Below are positions 12,803 to 25,485 of a stretch of 64,000 nucleotides of DNA, piece after piece; the first letter of the stretch is position 1, and every line of letters starts with the position of its first letter. The stretch is from NCBI RefSeq assembly GCF_001194135.2, contig NC_069001.1, positions 3,431,966-3,495,965 on the forward strand. The letters are read 5' to 3'. The stretch is from Octopus bimaculoides (Eukaryota). The position numbers were made by a program, and so were the translations under genes. The notes beneath the pieces were generated by a model. It did not search any database, had not been told where the DNA came from, and worked only from the letters and a program-made list of their open reading frames with translations.

Positions 12803-14289
12803 CTAAACAGTAAGACAAAACAGGCAGAGGATATTTTATTGGGGAAAAAAATATATTAAATTAAAAACAATTGTGTAATTGACATTGAAACAGATGTGTA
12901 TAGACATATAAGATTAAACACACACACATATGCATATATATTATATACACATAGATACATAAATACACAAACTTCAGATGATACGTACATTACATTCCTG
13001 GACATAATTATATATATATATATAGGGTAAGATAGGTGAGAGAGACATATACACTACATAAATACTTACATAACAATTCTAGACCCATTCAATTTCCACA
13101 CACATATACTAATATATACATATATGAATGTTATATATAAATATATGCAGAAACAGATTTTTTTGTACATAAAAAAGAAATATACATAAACACAGGGATG
13201 CAAAATGACCATATAGCTATTAAATTACACTAAAGTGCAACTTAAAAGATTCATAAAAAAACTTTTATTTAAAGTTTAAACCTGTCTAAGATTTAGCCAT
13301 ATCTTTGGTTATTTTGTCATTGTTTACACTTCATTCATATTCCATAAGCATGAAAAAAAAAATCAAGTTAAATCTAGTTAAAAGAAGGTTTACAATGCAT
13401 ATCGTCTTTGAAAATATGACATGAGAAAATGCAAAAATCTCAGGAAGCTATTTCTAACAGTCAAATAACTAAACAGAGGTTTATACAATTCCATGTACTA
13501 ATGAATCAAAGCTTTTGTAATTTGAGGTACAGCAGAACTATTTGAGCATTTCATCAAGAACAGAGTCTGTTCTGGATGCCTTTGCAATAGCTGTTTCTAC
13601 TTCAGAGAGATTTCTGCAAGCAACTGTTCATTTATTGCATGTTGTTGCAGATGTTCAAAGACTACTTCATCAAATGTTGAAGGATGATTTAAAACATTGT
13701 TAAAATGTTAAGTCCATCATTTCAACAAAACAGTTGAAGCAATTAGAAAGTTTCCATCTTTGTTGTCTTTGCAAAATCTCTTAGATTAAGTGATAGGACA
13801 TGCTACCCAATACAGAAACCCTATCACAATGTAAAATCAGTGATAGGCAGGCATTACTAATGAAACAACTACTTCACTGATATAGTCAGGTAACATAGAT
13901 GAGAAATGATTGCATTCTCAAATCAGTCTTTTACAACCAGTTTGCTAGAAGTGTTGTACATGAGCATCACTGAAGTTAATATAAAAAATTTCTAAAGTGA
14001 AATCTGATGATGTGCCATATAAGCAAAGTGATGACTTTCTTCAAAGATTTAACAGACAATCATTGTGATTGGAGAACTCTCTGCATGAAGGCCACTAAAC
14101 ACTTCAAGTAGATTTCATATTGAGAAAAGGAGGAATGAAAGATACAGAAAGAGATCCAAAATAATTACAATGCCCTGTAACTTTCTACACCTTGATAGCT
14201 TCTATAGACTTGATTGTCTTGTCTTACTCTCATTATTTCTTTATATTATGTCTACTACTGTCCAATCCATGCCAACATAAAAAGTCAAT

Positions 14290-14430
14290 GTAAAATAATG
14301 ATGATACCATTACTTTACTATGTCTTACTATTCTTATTTCAATATGCCTCAGTAACATTATTTCTATATATATGCCTTACTATTATTATTTCTATATGTC
14401 TCACAGCCACAATTTCTACATGTCTCACTC
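14290..14430. repeat. Degenerate ~25 bp tandem repeat
   Basis: The motif tatg[tc]ct[tc]actatt.ttatttc recurs. Confidence 0.5.
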
Positions 14431-15109
14431 CTGTTCACTGACAGCAAATCAATTAATTGTTCCTAAAAGATAAACATGAAAAACTGCACTACAAATACAA
14501 AATGTTGTAGTGTTTCTCTTACAACATGAATTACAAGCTGCATCCAGTTATTGAGTCTAATTGTTAATCAATAAAATTTATCAACCAATAATTAGCTATT
14601 ATAATTTACCTGACAACTAGTCCTATCAATGAAGCAATGTTGTTAAATAGTATCACACAGCATATAACAATAATAATGTTTAAATAGCAGAACAAAGTAA
14701 CATGTTTCACACTGAAATTAATATTATGATTATCAGCAACAACAAGCTTTAAATAATGTAGTTAATTAATTATTGATACAACATGATAAAGGTATTTTTA
14801 TAGAGAATTGATTAGAAAACAATATTTCATTAAAAAATATGGTCATTGATTTTGCAATAAAAGCTGTATGAGAATCTTAAACACATTATAATGTTCAACT
14901 AGAATAGACTAAGCTAGCTCCTATTCAGTATATACAAACTATATTCTATTTTCTTTGATATTATTGCTATTGATAATGCCTTTCATTACAAGTTAAAATA
15001 AGAGTATTAATCAGTTCTGCAATTGGAAATGGATCGGGTCAACTAATTATTGTTTGTGGTTTATCTCGACAAACATGCACATGTCTTATAACATAAAATA
15101 TACTATTGC

Positions 15110-15320
15110 TGTTGTTGTTATCTAACACCCCCAGGTCAAACCTGATTGAATAGACCTACGATCAAAAACATTCCTATCTTAACCACCTTGTTTTCACTCA
15201 GCCACAGTGTATCTAGGACTACATTACCCAATATATCTTTCCTTTTTTTTAACACAGTAGGGTGTGATTTGAGAAGGGTTTGACTGCTTTTTCCAAATAT
15301 GTTGAGCAATTATGTAAAAG
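15110..15320 (-). mobile_element. Interspersed repeat family D, inverted copy
   Basis: gttgttgttatctaacacccccaggtc...atctaggactacattacccaat...tgtgatttgagaagggtttgactgc. Confidence 0.6.
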
Positions 15321-15482
15321 CTTTCCCTTTGAGTGGGGGGGGGGGATAGTACCATTTAGCTTGATACTCCACTGTTCTGATTTCAAATTCTAACTGCACT
15401 GACCCATAACTTTTAAACTTAAGGATATAAGCCCCAGTAACATACTGACAGTGATGCTTTCGAGTTTACCTTTCTGCCTTAA

Positions 15483-15693
15483 CCTTTAGCATTCCTATTA
15501 CTCTGTCGAATGTAATGTTTATTTATTAACACTGTTTTGAATTAATCATGTTTTTATCTTGTAGCTTTGGTATTTCGATGATATGATGGTATATTTTTAG
15601 AATGACATTGTTGGATGAGTATGATTTGGTTGGTTTGGACATAAAACAAGTAGAATATTTAGGCTGGATATCGTTGATTTAGATGCTAAAGGG
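15483..15693. mobile_element. piggyBac-type MITE (~211 bp)
   Basis: TTAA on both sides (15479-15482 and 15694-15697). The termini cctttagcatt and gatgctaaaggg are inverted repeats, and the AT-rich interior is non-coding. Confidence 0.75.
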
Positions 15694-16650
15694 TTAAAAG
15701 GAAAGCAAAATAGAATTTATACTTTTTAAAGATGCAAATACATAAAGAGCTATGTTATTTTCAATTCACCTAACTGGGTGTACTTGAAAGGTATAAAAAG
15801 ACCACCATAGATCACCCAATTAGAAAGTGGTGGTATACGACACTCAACACCTGAGGACTTTGAATATTATGTACATATGATGATGAATCTTGATATATGA
15901 GATAGTATGGCTAGAATTAACACTGATGATATGGAGCAACTTTTCATAGAAATATATTCTTACAGTTTAGATAAATCTTCAAGCTGTGAAATTGAACCTA
16001 AAACCTTGTGATTGTAAAGCAAACATCTTAACCACAAAGCCATGCCTGTTCCCTTAAACAACATGCAATGATATATCTCAACAGTCAAGGCAATAGTATT
16101 ATATAATTATTAGATATATTGGCAAAATATTAGCAAAACAGGTAGACACATTTAGATTCATTCATACTTTTCTGTGTTTATGTGGTGAATTGTGGAGCTG
16201 GCAGCAGTGTTTTAATGATACTGATGGCATTGACAACATAACCATAGGTCCAGTTAATCAGTTGAATATTAAGTTTTATCAAAACTCAAAAACAGTTCCT
16301 GATTTGTGTATTTGTGCATATGTCTACTATCTCTCTCTCACACACATACATACCACATATACATAAATACAAACACCACACATACAAGTATCACGTATAT
16401 ACAAAAGATTTATAAAAATACACATACACGTTTTATATCTATATATATATATATATATATATACGCACACAACACTTATACATACATGTACATTTACACA
16501 TAAACACACACAACCATAAAACCCATTTGTATTTATGTGTAAATATATACATATGCAAACAATGATTATAATATTTACATATTGTATATATGTATACATT
16601 ATGTGTGTGTGTGCATACATAAATACACACAATATTTATAATCACACAAA

Positions 16651-16686
<36 letters not shown>

Positions 16687-18919
16687 NNNNNNNNNNNNNN
16701 NNNNNNNNNNNNNNNNNNNNNNNNGTGTGCATGTAGGTGTGTGTGGGGGGGGGGTTGAATATTCAAGTCTATGCACATGTGTATAAACACAAATGCACCC
16801 ATTCAGAGCAAAGCAACCTTATGCAAAGCTTGACATTAAGACAAAGACAACAATGAAAAAAGTCACAACACAAACAACATATACAACAATTACTGGTAAA
16901 ATAGATATATCTATTTTACTAACATCAAGTGAGTAGAATTGTCAGTGGTGGAACAATGGTAATAGCCATAAAGATATATGCTGATAGAAGTTAATGGATG
17001 GCGCAAGGATAGAACTTCTATCCCTGTGTGTATGTAGGTGTGAGTGATAATGTGGTCAGCTTCAGCTGACCACATGATAACTACAAGATTTGCTCCATGC
17101 GAGAGCTTGTTCTCTTTATGAGACAGCTATGAAAGCTCCTATATTGTACCTTGAACTATTAGAAATGCAGCCAAATTCCCCTCAAATCAACACATGATTT
17201 TCTAAAATGATGAATATATTATGTGTCCCTAAATGTACTTTTCATTAAAAAAATAAAAAGAGCTCAGCTGGGACAGCTTTGATCATGAGTCTGCTCAATT
17301 AAAGCTGACTTGGAGTTCAATAACAACAACAGGAGCAATGTATCACAAACAAATCTTTTATTAGCTTGAAGAGCTGAGTTTAAGTCCTCGTATATATACG
17401 TAACATAGTTCTGGCCTCCAACCAGTTCTATCATCATTAAACAGAGCTCTGGCCTTTGAGTAGATGTATCATCACTATAAGCAGCACAGTTTTGACCTCT
17501 GACCAGATTTATCATTGCTGCAAGTAGTACAGTTGTAGCCTCCAACCAGGTCTGTCATCAGTACTGATAGCAAAGTTCTGGACCCAGCATATAGCTGGCT
17601 TCCTTGTTGGTCCATCATCACTACACTAATGTTCTGTATTTGATGTTAATGACTAGACTTTATTTATTGCTATAGTTTGCAGTGGGATGGATAATGTTGT
17701 TGGATTCTATACCTAGTCCTTGGGTACCATTAGAGTATTATTGCAAGTATTTGGACTCAGTTCCCTCTTGAGCCACATTTTTCTTCCAAATGCTTTCCTC
17801 GGTAAATGGAAGGGGAATGAAAAGATCATAGGCACTGTCTGTCTCTCTTAACTTACATAAATAAAATAGAGTTCACTTTCTACAATATGTGTAGTGGTTT
17901 GACCTCTGAAACTGTGAAATATTTAATTTTATTTACATCATAACCACAGACTTCCCTACAGATGTGTATGACTCAGGCTCTCTATTCCACAGTACATATA
18001 TGAGCTGGACTTATCCAAGGAGATGGATACTTCCACAAAGTATGGTTCTTCACAGAACTTAGACACCCCTGTTGTTAATAGAATAAAATGGTAGAATATG
18101 GCAGAAGCTTGTATGAATAAACATATAAACAAGGAAGCCTCTATTTAGTCACTCCATTTGGTAGAAGAAATAGCTGCTAAATTCCATGAAAGCACATCCT
18201 ACAATCTTCCAGAAAGAAAAAATAAATTGGATAATGTGATCCGAAACTTTATGGTTATAGTTGGAATGCCTTCGATCATAGAGTACTGAATCAAGACTGA
18301 CTTGGGTCTACATATCAAACAACATATATACATACATGTATACAGAAACATAAGGACATTGATGACAAGCTGGCAAATATATAGATACAACAGAGAAATA
18401 GAATTTCACATCAAATTTAGTAGTTGTACTTTAGAACCAAAGTATAACAGTTTTTTACAACATTCAAATAACTGGTTTCATCTGAACAAACATTAACTTC
18501 ACTTCGATGTTACTTTTATAACATTTGAACGTGAAGAATATTTTACAATATTCTAAAATTTGTCTTAACAAGAAGTTTAGCATTCTCATTTCTTATGTCT
18601 GAAAATTTGCCTTTCCTACTTGAATTTGACATTAAAATTAGTCAACATGAACATTTATATTATAAACTGGTTAAAGAAGTAGTCTATTTCAGCTGGCAGA
18701 ATTTTTTTATATTTGATGAGTTAAAAGACGTATTGAAAGAACATCTCCCCTTAAAAAAAAATCCAAGCAAAATACTTGTACATACAGATGAAAAAGCTTG
18801 TATATAAAGTATATATACATGTATATAGGAAGATGTGTGTTTCAAGCTATCCTATCTACTAACTGAACCACACATCTATATCTATATATAATATACATAT
18901 ATATATATATATATATATA

Positions 18920-19398
18920 NNNNNNNNNNNNNNNNNNNNNNNNNNNNNNNNNNNNNNNNNNNNNNNNNNNNNNNNNNNNNNNNNNNNNNNNNNNNNNNNN
19001 NNNNNNNNNNNNNNNNNNNNNNNNNNNNNNNNNNNNNNNNNNNNNNNNNNNNNNNNNNNNNNNNNNNNNNNNNNNNNNNNNNNNNNNNNNNNNNNNNNNN
19101 NNNNNNNNNNNNNNNNNNNNNNNNNNNNNNNNNNNNNNNNNNNNNNNNNNNNNNNNNNNNNNNNNNNNNNNNNNNNNNNNNNNNNNNNNNNNNNNNNNNN
19201 NNNNNNNNNNNNNNNNNNNNNNNNNNNNNNNNNNNNNNNNNNNNNNNNNNNNNNNNNNNNNNNNNNNNNNNNNNNNNNNNNNNNNNNNNNNNNNNNNNNN
19301 NNNNNNNNNNNNNNNNNNNNNNNNNNNNNNNNNNNNNNNNNNNNNNNNNNNNNNNNNNNNNNNNNNNNNNNNNNNNNNNNNNNNNNNNNNNNNNNNNN
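18920..19398. other. Assembly gap (largest of seven; both flanks are (AT)n)
   Basis: Run of N. Four of the seven gaps abut (AT)n tracts, which is typical of short-read assembly collapse. Confidence 0.99.
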
Positions 19399-19441
<43 letters not shown>

Positions 19442-19731
19442 CACACACACATATATATATATATATAATATGTAATGTTTTAAAAAATGATGATATGGTC
19501 TAATTTGTTGTATGATGTGATGAAGCAAAGTGTTATTTGATGTCATATCAGAGACGTATAAAGAGAGAAGATGCCATAAGACAAAGAAAAAGAAAGAAAG
19601 AATTGCAAAGATTGAAACGGTGCTAGCATATAGAGCTAGATCAATACTGATTCAGTGATTAACATTGATAGAGATACTCTTTCACTGGTTTCAGCCATTT
19701 GGCTGTAGCCATGCTGATGGCCCCAGCTAAG

Positions 19732-19763
<32 letters not shown>

Positions 19764-19842
19764 ATATATATATATCAATATCAAAAACGGTACGACGATG
19801 AGGAACAATGGAAAGAGTTCAAAAACATGCATGATATCTTAC

Positions 19843-19857
19843 CTGGCGGCGTGACGT
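19843..19857 (-). CDS. SCAI: Candidate 15-nt alternative SCAI microexon ACGTCACGCCGCCAG (inserts 5 aa: EDR-RHAAR-PDL)
   Basis: Acceptor aacag (19860-19858) and donor gtaaga (19842-19837). It is symmetric for the phase-2 intron and has no stop codon. There is an AG-free stretch of about 75 nt upstream, UGC motifs at -15 to -26, and UGCAUG at +12. No transcript evidence is available. Confidence 0.6.
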
Positions 19858-20076
19858 CTGTTGATGCCAAAGCAGCAATAGCAAGGTTTAAAAAAATAAT
19901 AGAAATAAAGAAAAAAAAAACAGTGACAACGAATGCTTACTTGAAAAAAAATAATGGTAGAGATATATATATATATAGGTGATATCATGACATGAAGGAG
20001 TGCAAGTGAGGTGTAAGGATATAGGATATATATAAATATATATATAAGTATATATATATATAAATATACATACACA

Positions 20077-20113
<37 letters not shown>

Positions 20114-20128
20114 NNNNNNNNNNTATAT

Positions 20129-20173
<45 letters not shown>

Positions 20174-20998
20174 TATATATGCGTATACATATATAACAGC
20201 ATAAAAGGCAGAATTGATTAACTTTACAGAAAAAATTCCTTTGTTTTTTCCTTTCACAACTTTACTACTATGCTGCCAGTATTCAATGTCAATTCATTTA
20301 AGTTTTGCTATAAAACAAAGCTACAAAAGAACTCTCTTATATAGTCTATATCTAATTTCCCAAATTAATAACAGTTTTTGAATAATCAACAATGAATTCA
20401 ATATTACAGAATTTTCAAAAAAATCGAATAATCAAATATGCCCTTTAGCTTACAATATATATATATACATATGTATATATACATATATATAAAACAAGAA
20501 TAAGAGCGGAATTAAAATATTGTCACAGTTCTGAAATATGAAATTAGACAAAACAAAATATAAAAACACAGGAGAAGTAAATTGAAGGTGAGGTTATTAA
20601 TATATCCAAAGGAAATTAAGGGGGTCTTCATTGCAATTTTTAAAAGTTTCTTCAAGAAGTGGACGTTCTTTCAGATTACTATTGAAAGTTCATACTGATA
20701 CTTAGTTTAATTAATACTTGAACAACTACATCTAATTTCTGACAGTAGGCATTATAGGCACCTATTTGAGACAGAAAATGAAACAGACTTGCTCATATAA
20801 CCACAACTATGTGTCTATCACTTGCTGTGCAACCATTTTACCAATTACGTCAATTACCTTGTGGAGATAAAACAGCACAGTTATAATATCAGAAATAATT
20901 TATAGTATCTAATTTGAGACGATGGAATGGCAGGTATATATTCTGTAATGTAATTGGTGACATAGTCACCATGCAAGTGGTAGATACATGCTTTGACA

Positions 20999-21087
20999 AG
21001 TTGTCTTGAATAGGTTCTTATAATTTATAATATCCTAATATATAATGTCAGTTGCCTTGAATAGGTTCTTGTAATGTATAATATCAT
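20999..21087. repeat. Two-copy direct repeat with ~51 bp period
   Basis: agttg[tc]cttgaataggttctt[ag]taat[tg]tataatatc occurs twice. Confidence 0.7.
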
Positions 21088-22739
21088 TTGCAATTAATTC
21101 ATACATCCAGTCAAACTGTTGTTGATGTTTAATATCAAGTCAGCCCTAATCAAACAGACTTATACTCAAATGTGTATCAACTGTTAACATCTTTTCTTTC
21201 ATTCATATACGGTGCATCTAGGATGACATTATCTAATATGTCCTGTTTTTAAAATGACAGGAAGTAATTTAAGGAAGACTCCTAGCAAGTTCAATAACCA
21301 TACAGAGGCTTTCCCCTTAAGAATATTCTGACAAAGCTTTGTTGGTTAGATCTAGTCAACTTGTTAGTACAAATTAAACTACTGACTAAAGGATCAATAG
21401 TTTCTGTACCAACATCAACACTGCTGCGTTCTTGCCAGGGGCCCAGTTTTACATAGAGGTAACATAGGGTAGTTACAGTTTGTTATTGTAAGCAGAAAAG
21501 ATGATGTGTAACTTATGGGCATTCTATTAGCTTTTAAGGGTAAGAGTTCAAATAAGACCCTAGGTCTAAAGAGGATATCAGGAAACTGTTGTCTGTTAAG
21601 ATGAATCTTTCTTTTCAGCAGTAACCCATTGACTCAATGAGCTACAGTACATTATTTATGATGTATTTCAATGTATAAATCTGCTGGAAGTAAGATATTT
21701 TTCTGATAATAATATACTGCTCTTCCTGAAAGAGGTTATAGAGGACTAGCACTTCAGTAACTGATCAGTGGTTATTTTACAATATTATTATTACAGGTGA
21801 CAGATGCCCACTATATTGCTAATCACTCAAACATAAAGTACAAATCTATTCTACATTCAATAAATATATGAAAAGTGAGCAAATCCTGATAAATTATTCA
21901 ATAACAATGAAACCAGCCAGTAGTTCAACCCTCACACCCAATCTATCGACAAGGCTAACTTGGGCTTAATTTCCTGAGACAAAATAAGTATGTATATAAG
22001 TCAGTATATTTATTTATTCATAACCTATACTATTCTCTAGCAAACTATTTGAGCCAAACTGAAACTAGCAAAGTTATGGATCTTGGTCAAGCCCATGACA
22101 TAATGGCTACAGCATGTACCCATGCCATGTGGACAATAGTCCAACACACTAATCTCACAAGTATCATACATACAGGATTGATCAAGATTAAATTTCATAA
22201 GTTTTAACTAATCAATAAAGACAAAGTTGAAAACTGAATTAGTATTCTTAGAGGAGCTAAACATTTTGTTAATAATTTGAAAAATTTACATTGAAATATC
22301 ATTAGATAGTCATTTATAAACAAAGACTACTTTTCTTTTTCCAAACTTCCATACTTCTGCTGGGACAATAATAACAACTCCTTCATAAATGTTATAAAAT
22401 TTATCATATGACAAACAGAGGAGGAGAGAGAACAAACAAATAAACAAAAACAAAATGAAAACTGGTGATAAAAACACTGTCTGAAGCTAACAGCCAATGT
22501 ATATTTATTATTTAGGAGCTGTAGTTGTTGTTGTTGTTAGTAGAAAAGAAAGTAGTTTGAAAAGAGAATACTACATACATATACACATATCCAAATACAT
22601 ATTTACATGTTTACACATATATTTATATGCAAATATAAATATTATATATATATATACACACACACATACATATATACACACACACACAGACATACACACA
22701 CACATATACATACATACTTACAAAAAGAGCAGGTGTATA

Positions 22740-23749
22740 TGTGTGTGTGTGTGGTTACAAAGTTTACATGTTTTCAGGTTTAATCCATTATGCAGCACCT
22801 TGGCCGGTTTGTACTGTAATTTTTTAAAGTATTTCCATAAAAAAAGTTTAGTGGTGGTGGAGTCTGAAGAACATGGAGGGTATTCTACTGAACATCTTTG
22901 TTCAATCCATCTGTTTTGCAAAATTTCATCCTTATATTACTATAGTAGTGTTGGAGTGTCTCATCTGGCTGAAAATAAACTCCAGATCTTCAAAGTCTTC
23001 TTGAATGCTTGGCATGACATATCACAAGTTCAAGTAAATGGGATCAGTTACAATACCATTAAAAAAGAGTGGTTTAATTAATCTTTTTGGTGGTAAGCTG
23101 CACCATAATTAACCTCTGGTTCATTAACATAATGTTCCTCTGTAATATGTGAATTCTCAGGTCCCCAAGTAGGTGCAGCTGTAGTGATTAATTGATCCAA
23201 TTATATTTAAATGTAGCCTCATCACTCCAAACAATCTTTATTGGAAGGTTTGCATCTTTATACATCTTGCCAAGTGTAACTCACAAAATTGCACTCTTCA
23301 GTCTAGATCATCTTCATTGACATCTGGGACTTTTCTTGGAATGTAATTCTTCCAATGACAATGCTTCAAAGTGCAATGGATGTTTGATTTTATAATTCCT
23401 GTCTCACAACACACTTGCTACACGTTTTCTCAAAATTTGGCAATATTTCTAGTGCTCTTTCTTGCTTTGTGGGAGTCATCAATGATGGCAGTCTTCCAGA
23501 ACATTTCTTGAAGTCATTCTGAACTACAGTTCCTTCTGCTTCAAGCTTATCTCTAATTCAAGTGATGGTAAGTTGTGCAGGTGGATCTGTGTGAAACTCC
23601 TATCTTAACTTCAACTACATTTTCAAACTTCCAGTAGCACTTTCATCAGAATTTCCTTTGTTTAAAGTACTTCAACAATGTTTTCAAATTTCCAGTAGCA
23701 CTTTTAAGTCAAATTTCCATTGCTCAAATCTTAGTCTGGCTCCCTTCAT
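22740..23749 (-). mobile_element. Decayed IS630-Tc1-mariner transposase pseudogene (DUF4817-like N-terminal HTH, DD..D-type catalytic region)
   Basis: Minus-strand translation with frameshifts and stops gives the motifs in the expected order: MKGARLRFEQ (ATG at 23749), CYWKFENVVEV, EFHTDPPAQLTIT*IRDKLEAEGTV, CSGRLP, WKNYIPRK...NEDDLD*RVQFCE, WGPENSHITEEHYVNEPEV, FFNGIVTDPIYL, YFQPDETLQHY, NRWIEQRCSVEYPPCSSDSTTTKLFLWKY. TIRs were not identified. Confidence 0.8.
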
Positions 23750-24480
23750 TATTTTTATTCTAGTGGGTTGAACAAATGTATGTGTGTGTGTGTGGGGGGG
23801 TCATCAAAGGCAGATGTAAGAGGGTGTTCAAGAGAAAGGAGTGTTTAATGGAAAACAAAATGTGGGATGGGTGACAAAGGTGATTTAAAGGAAAGGAATA
23901 ATCGATAACATGAAATTACAGCACCTGAGTGAGCAGTGCCATAGTTAGAGGAATGATGGAAGGATGGGTGTTAGATGAGTTGTGGGGGGAGGTGTGACAG
24001 GGACAGATTGAGTGTGGAGGCATATAGACACGAACGGTATGCTTTTTAGGGCCTCATTTTTGCTGAGATGGACTGATATTCTTGAGCACAGCAAATCACC
24101 AATCATTTTTATCATCTCCAAGAGGCTCAACACCCAAGGCTGGTCTTCACTAATTTCTCCCACACCTTTCTGGATCTCACTCTTCCACAGGTTCCATCCA
24201 ATAATCATACCAGCAAGTCTTCTCTCTTGCACACAAATGATTCCTCTTACACCCAATTTTTCTCTCGACTGACTTGTCATATATACATACTAACAGTGCA
24301 CATCCAGTGGAACACGCTAGCTTCATTTCTTTGTAGTCTTCACATGTCCTTCACATTCATAGACCAACAGAAGATTTATATGAAATAATTTAGATCAAAT
24401 TAAATTATCAGATATTGAGAGACATTTCAAATATTTTGCAATGGAAAATTAATAGTAAATCATATTATTAGAAATTATAT

Positions 24481-24855
24481 GGCCACAAGTTCAGAAACTG
24501 TTGAGGGTAGTTAGTTGGAATTCAACCCCAGTTTTTGACTGGTACTTTGTTTTTGCAACCTCTGAAGGATGAAAGGCAAAGTTGACATCAGTGACATTTA
24601 AGATTAGAATGTAAGGGGATGTTATGAAATAAAACAAGGTATTTCATCCAACAATCTCCAACATAGGTACAAGGCCTCAAATCTACAGAAAAGAAACTAT
24701 AGCCATCACAGTAGTCAATCGGTAATATTTTATTGAGTGCTAGAAGGAAGAAATGCAAAATTGAACTGAGTTAGATTTGAAATGAGGCCCTAAAAAGCCA
24801 GAAGAAATATGGCAAGGTATTTTGTTGAATGCTCTAATGATTTTACCAATCTCAA
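24481..24855 (-). mobile_element. Two head-to-tail diverged copies of SINE family C
   Basis: Each begins with gg[ct]acaag-type tail sequence and contains aagga[ta]gaaa.gcaaa.ttga. Confidence 0.6.
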
Positions 24856-25424
24856 TAACAATTTATGGTACAAACACAAAACACATTCACAAAGGTATAC
24901 TGCTAAAGAACTCCTGTTCATTAAAGCATGTCTGGTTAAAAGTTCACTTAAGCATATGTAAGATTACAAAAGGTGCATAGCAATGACTTTCTCCAAGACT
25001 TTACCCAGATGCATTCAGACACACAGCTATTACTAATGTATAATGATGACATCATACAATTGTAAGAAACACTAATCAGATATGTGTGTGTGTGGTTGTA
25101 TAGATAGAGAGGTAGATAGATAATCAAATGAGACAAATATATTTTTCTCTCATTTGGGAGAACCCAAAGAAGAGCTTCAGGAATTCCCAGAGGAGAGAAA
25201 CCAACATATATATTTGTCACATTCAATTATTTCTTTAAACATTATTATTTACTGTGTAGCTAATACATGAAATTCTTTTCTACAGTCTATAATTACCGTT
25301 ATTCTTCTGAACAAACTGTATCTATTTATAGATACAGTTTCATATTCTAAGTGTCCAAACATGTTCCTATGAACGGGTAACCACAGGACTCCTATAAAAT
25401 ATATATAAATTGTGTGTGTGTGTG

Positions 25425-25485
<61 letters not shown>

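Noticed and set aside
13790-13848. gtgatagg / cctatcac / gtgatagg, reminiscent of a tet operator
   Set aside because: These are only 8-mers with the wrong spacing, and there is no prokaryotic or vector context.
19834-19850. cttacctggc resembling the 5' end of U1 snRNA
   Set aside because: The similarity stops after 10 nt. It is simply the reverse complement of a consensus donor site on the minus strand.
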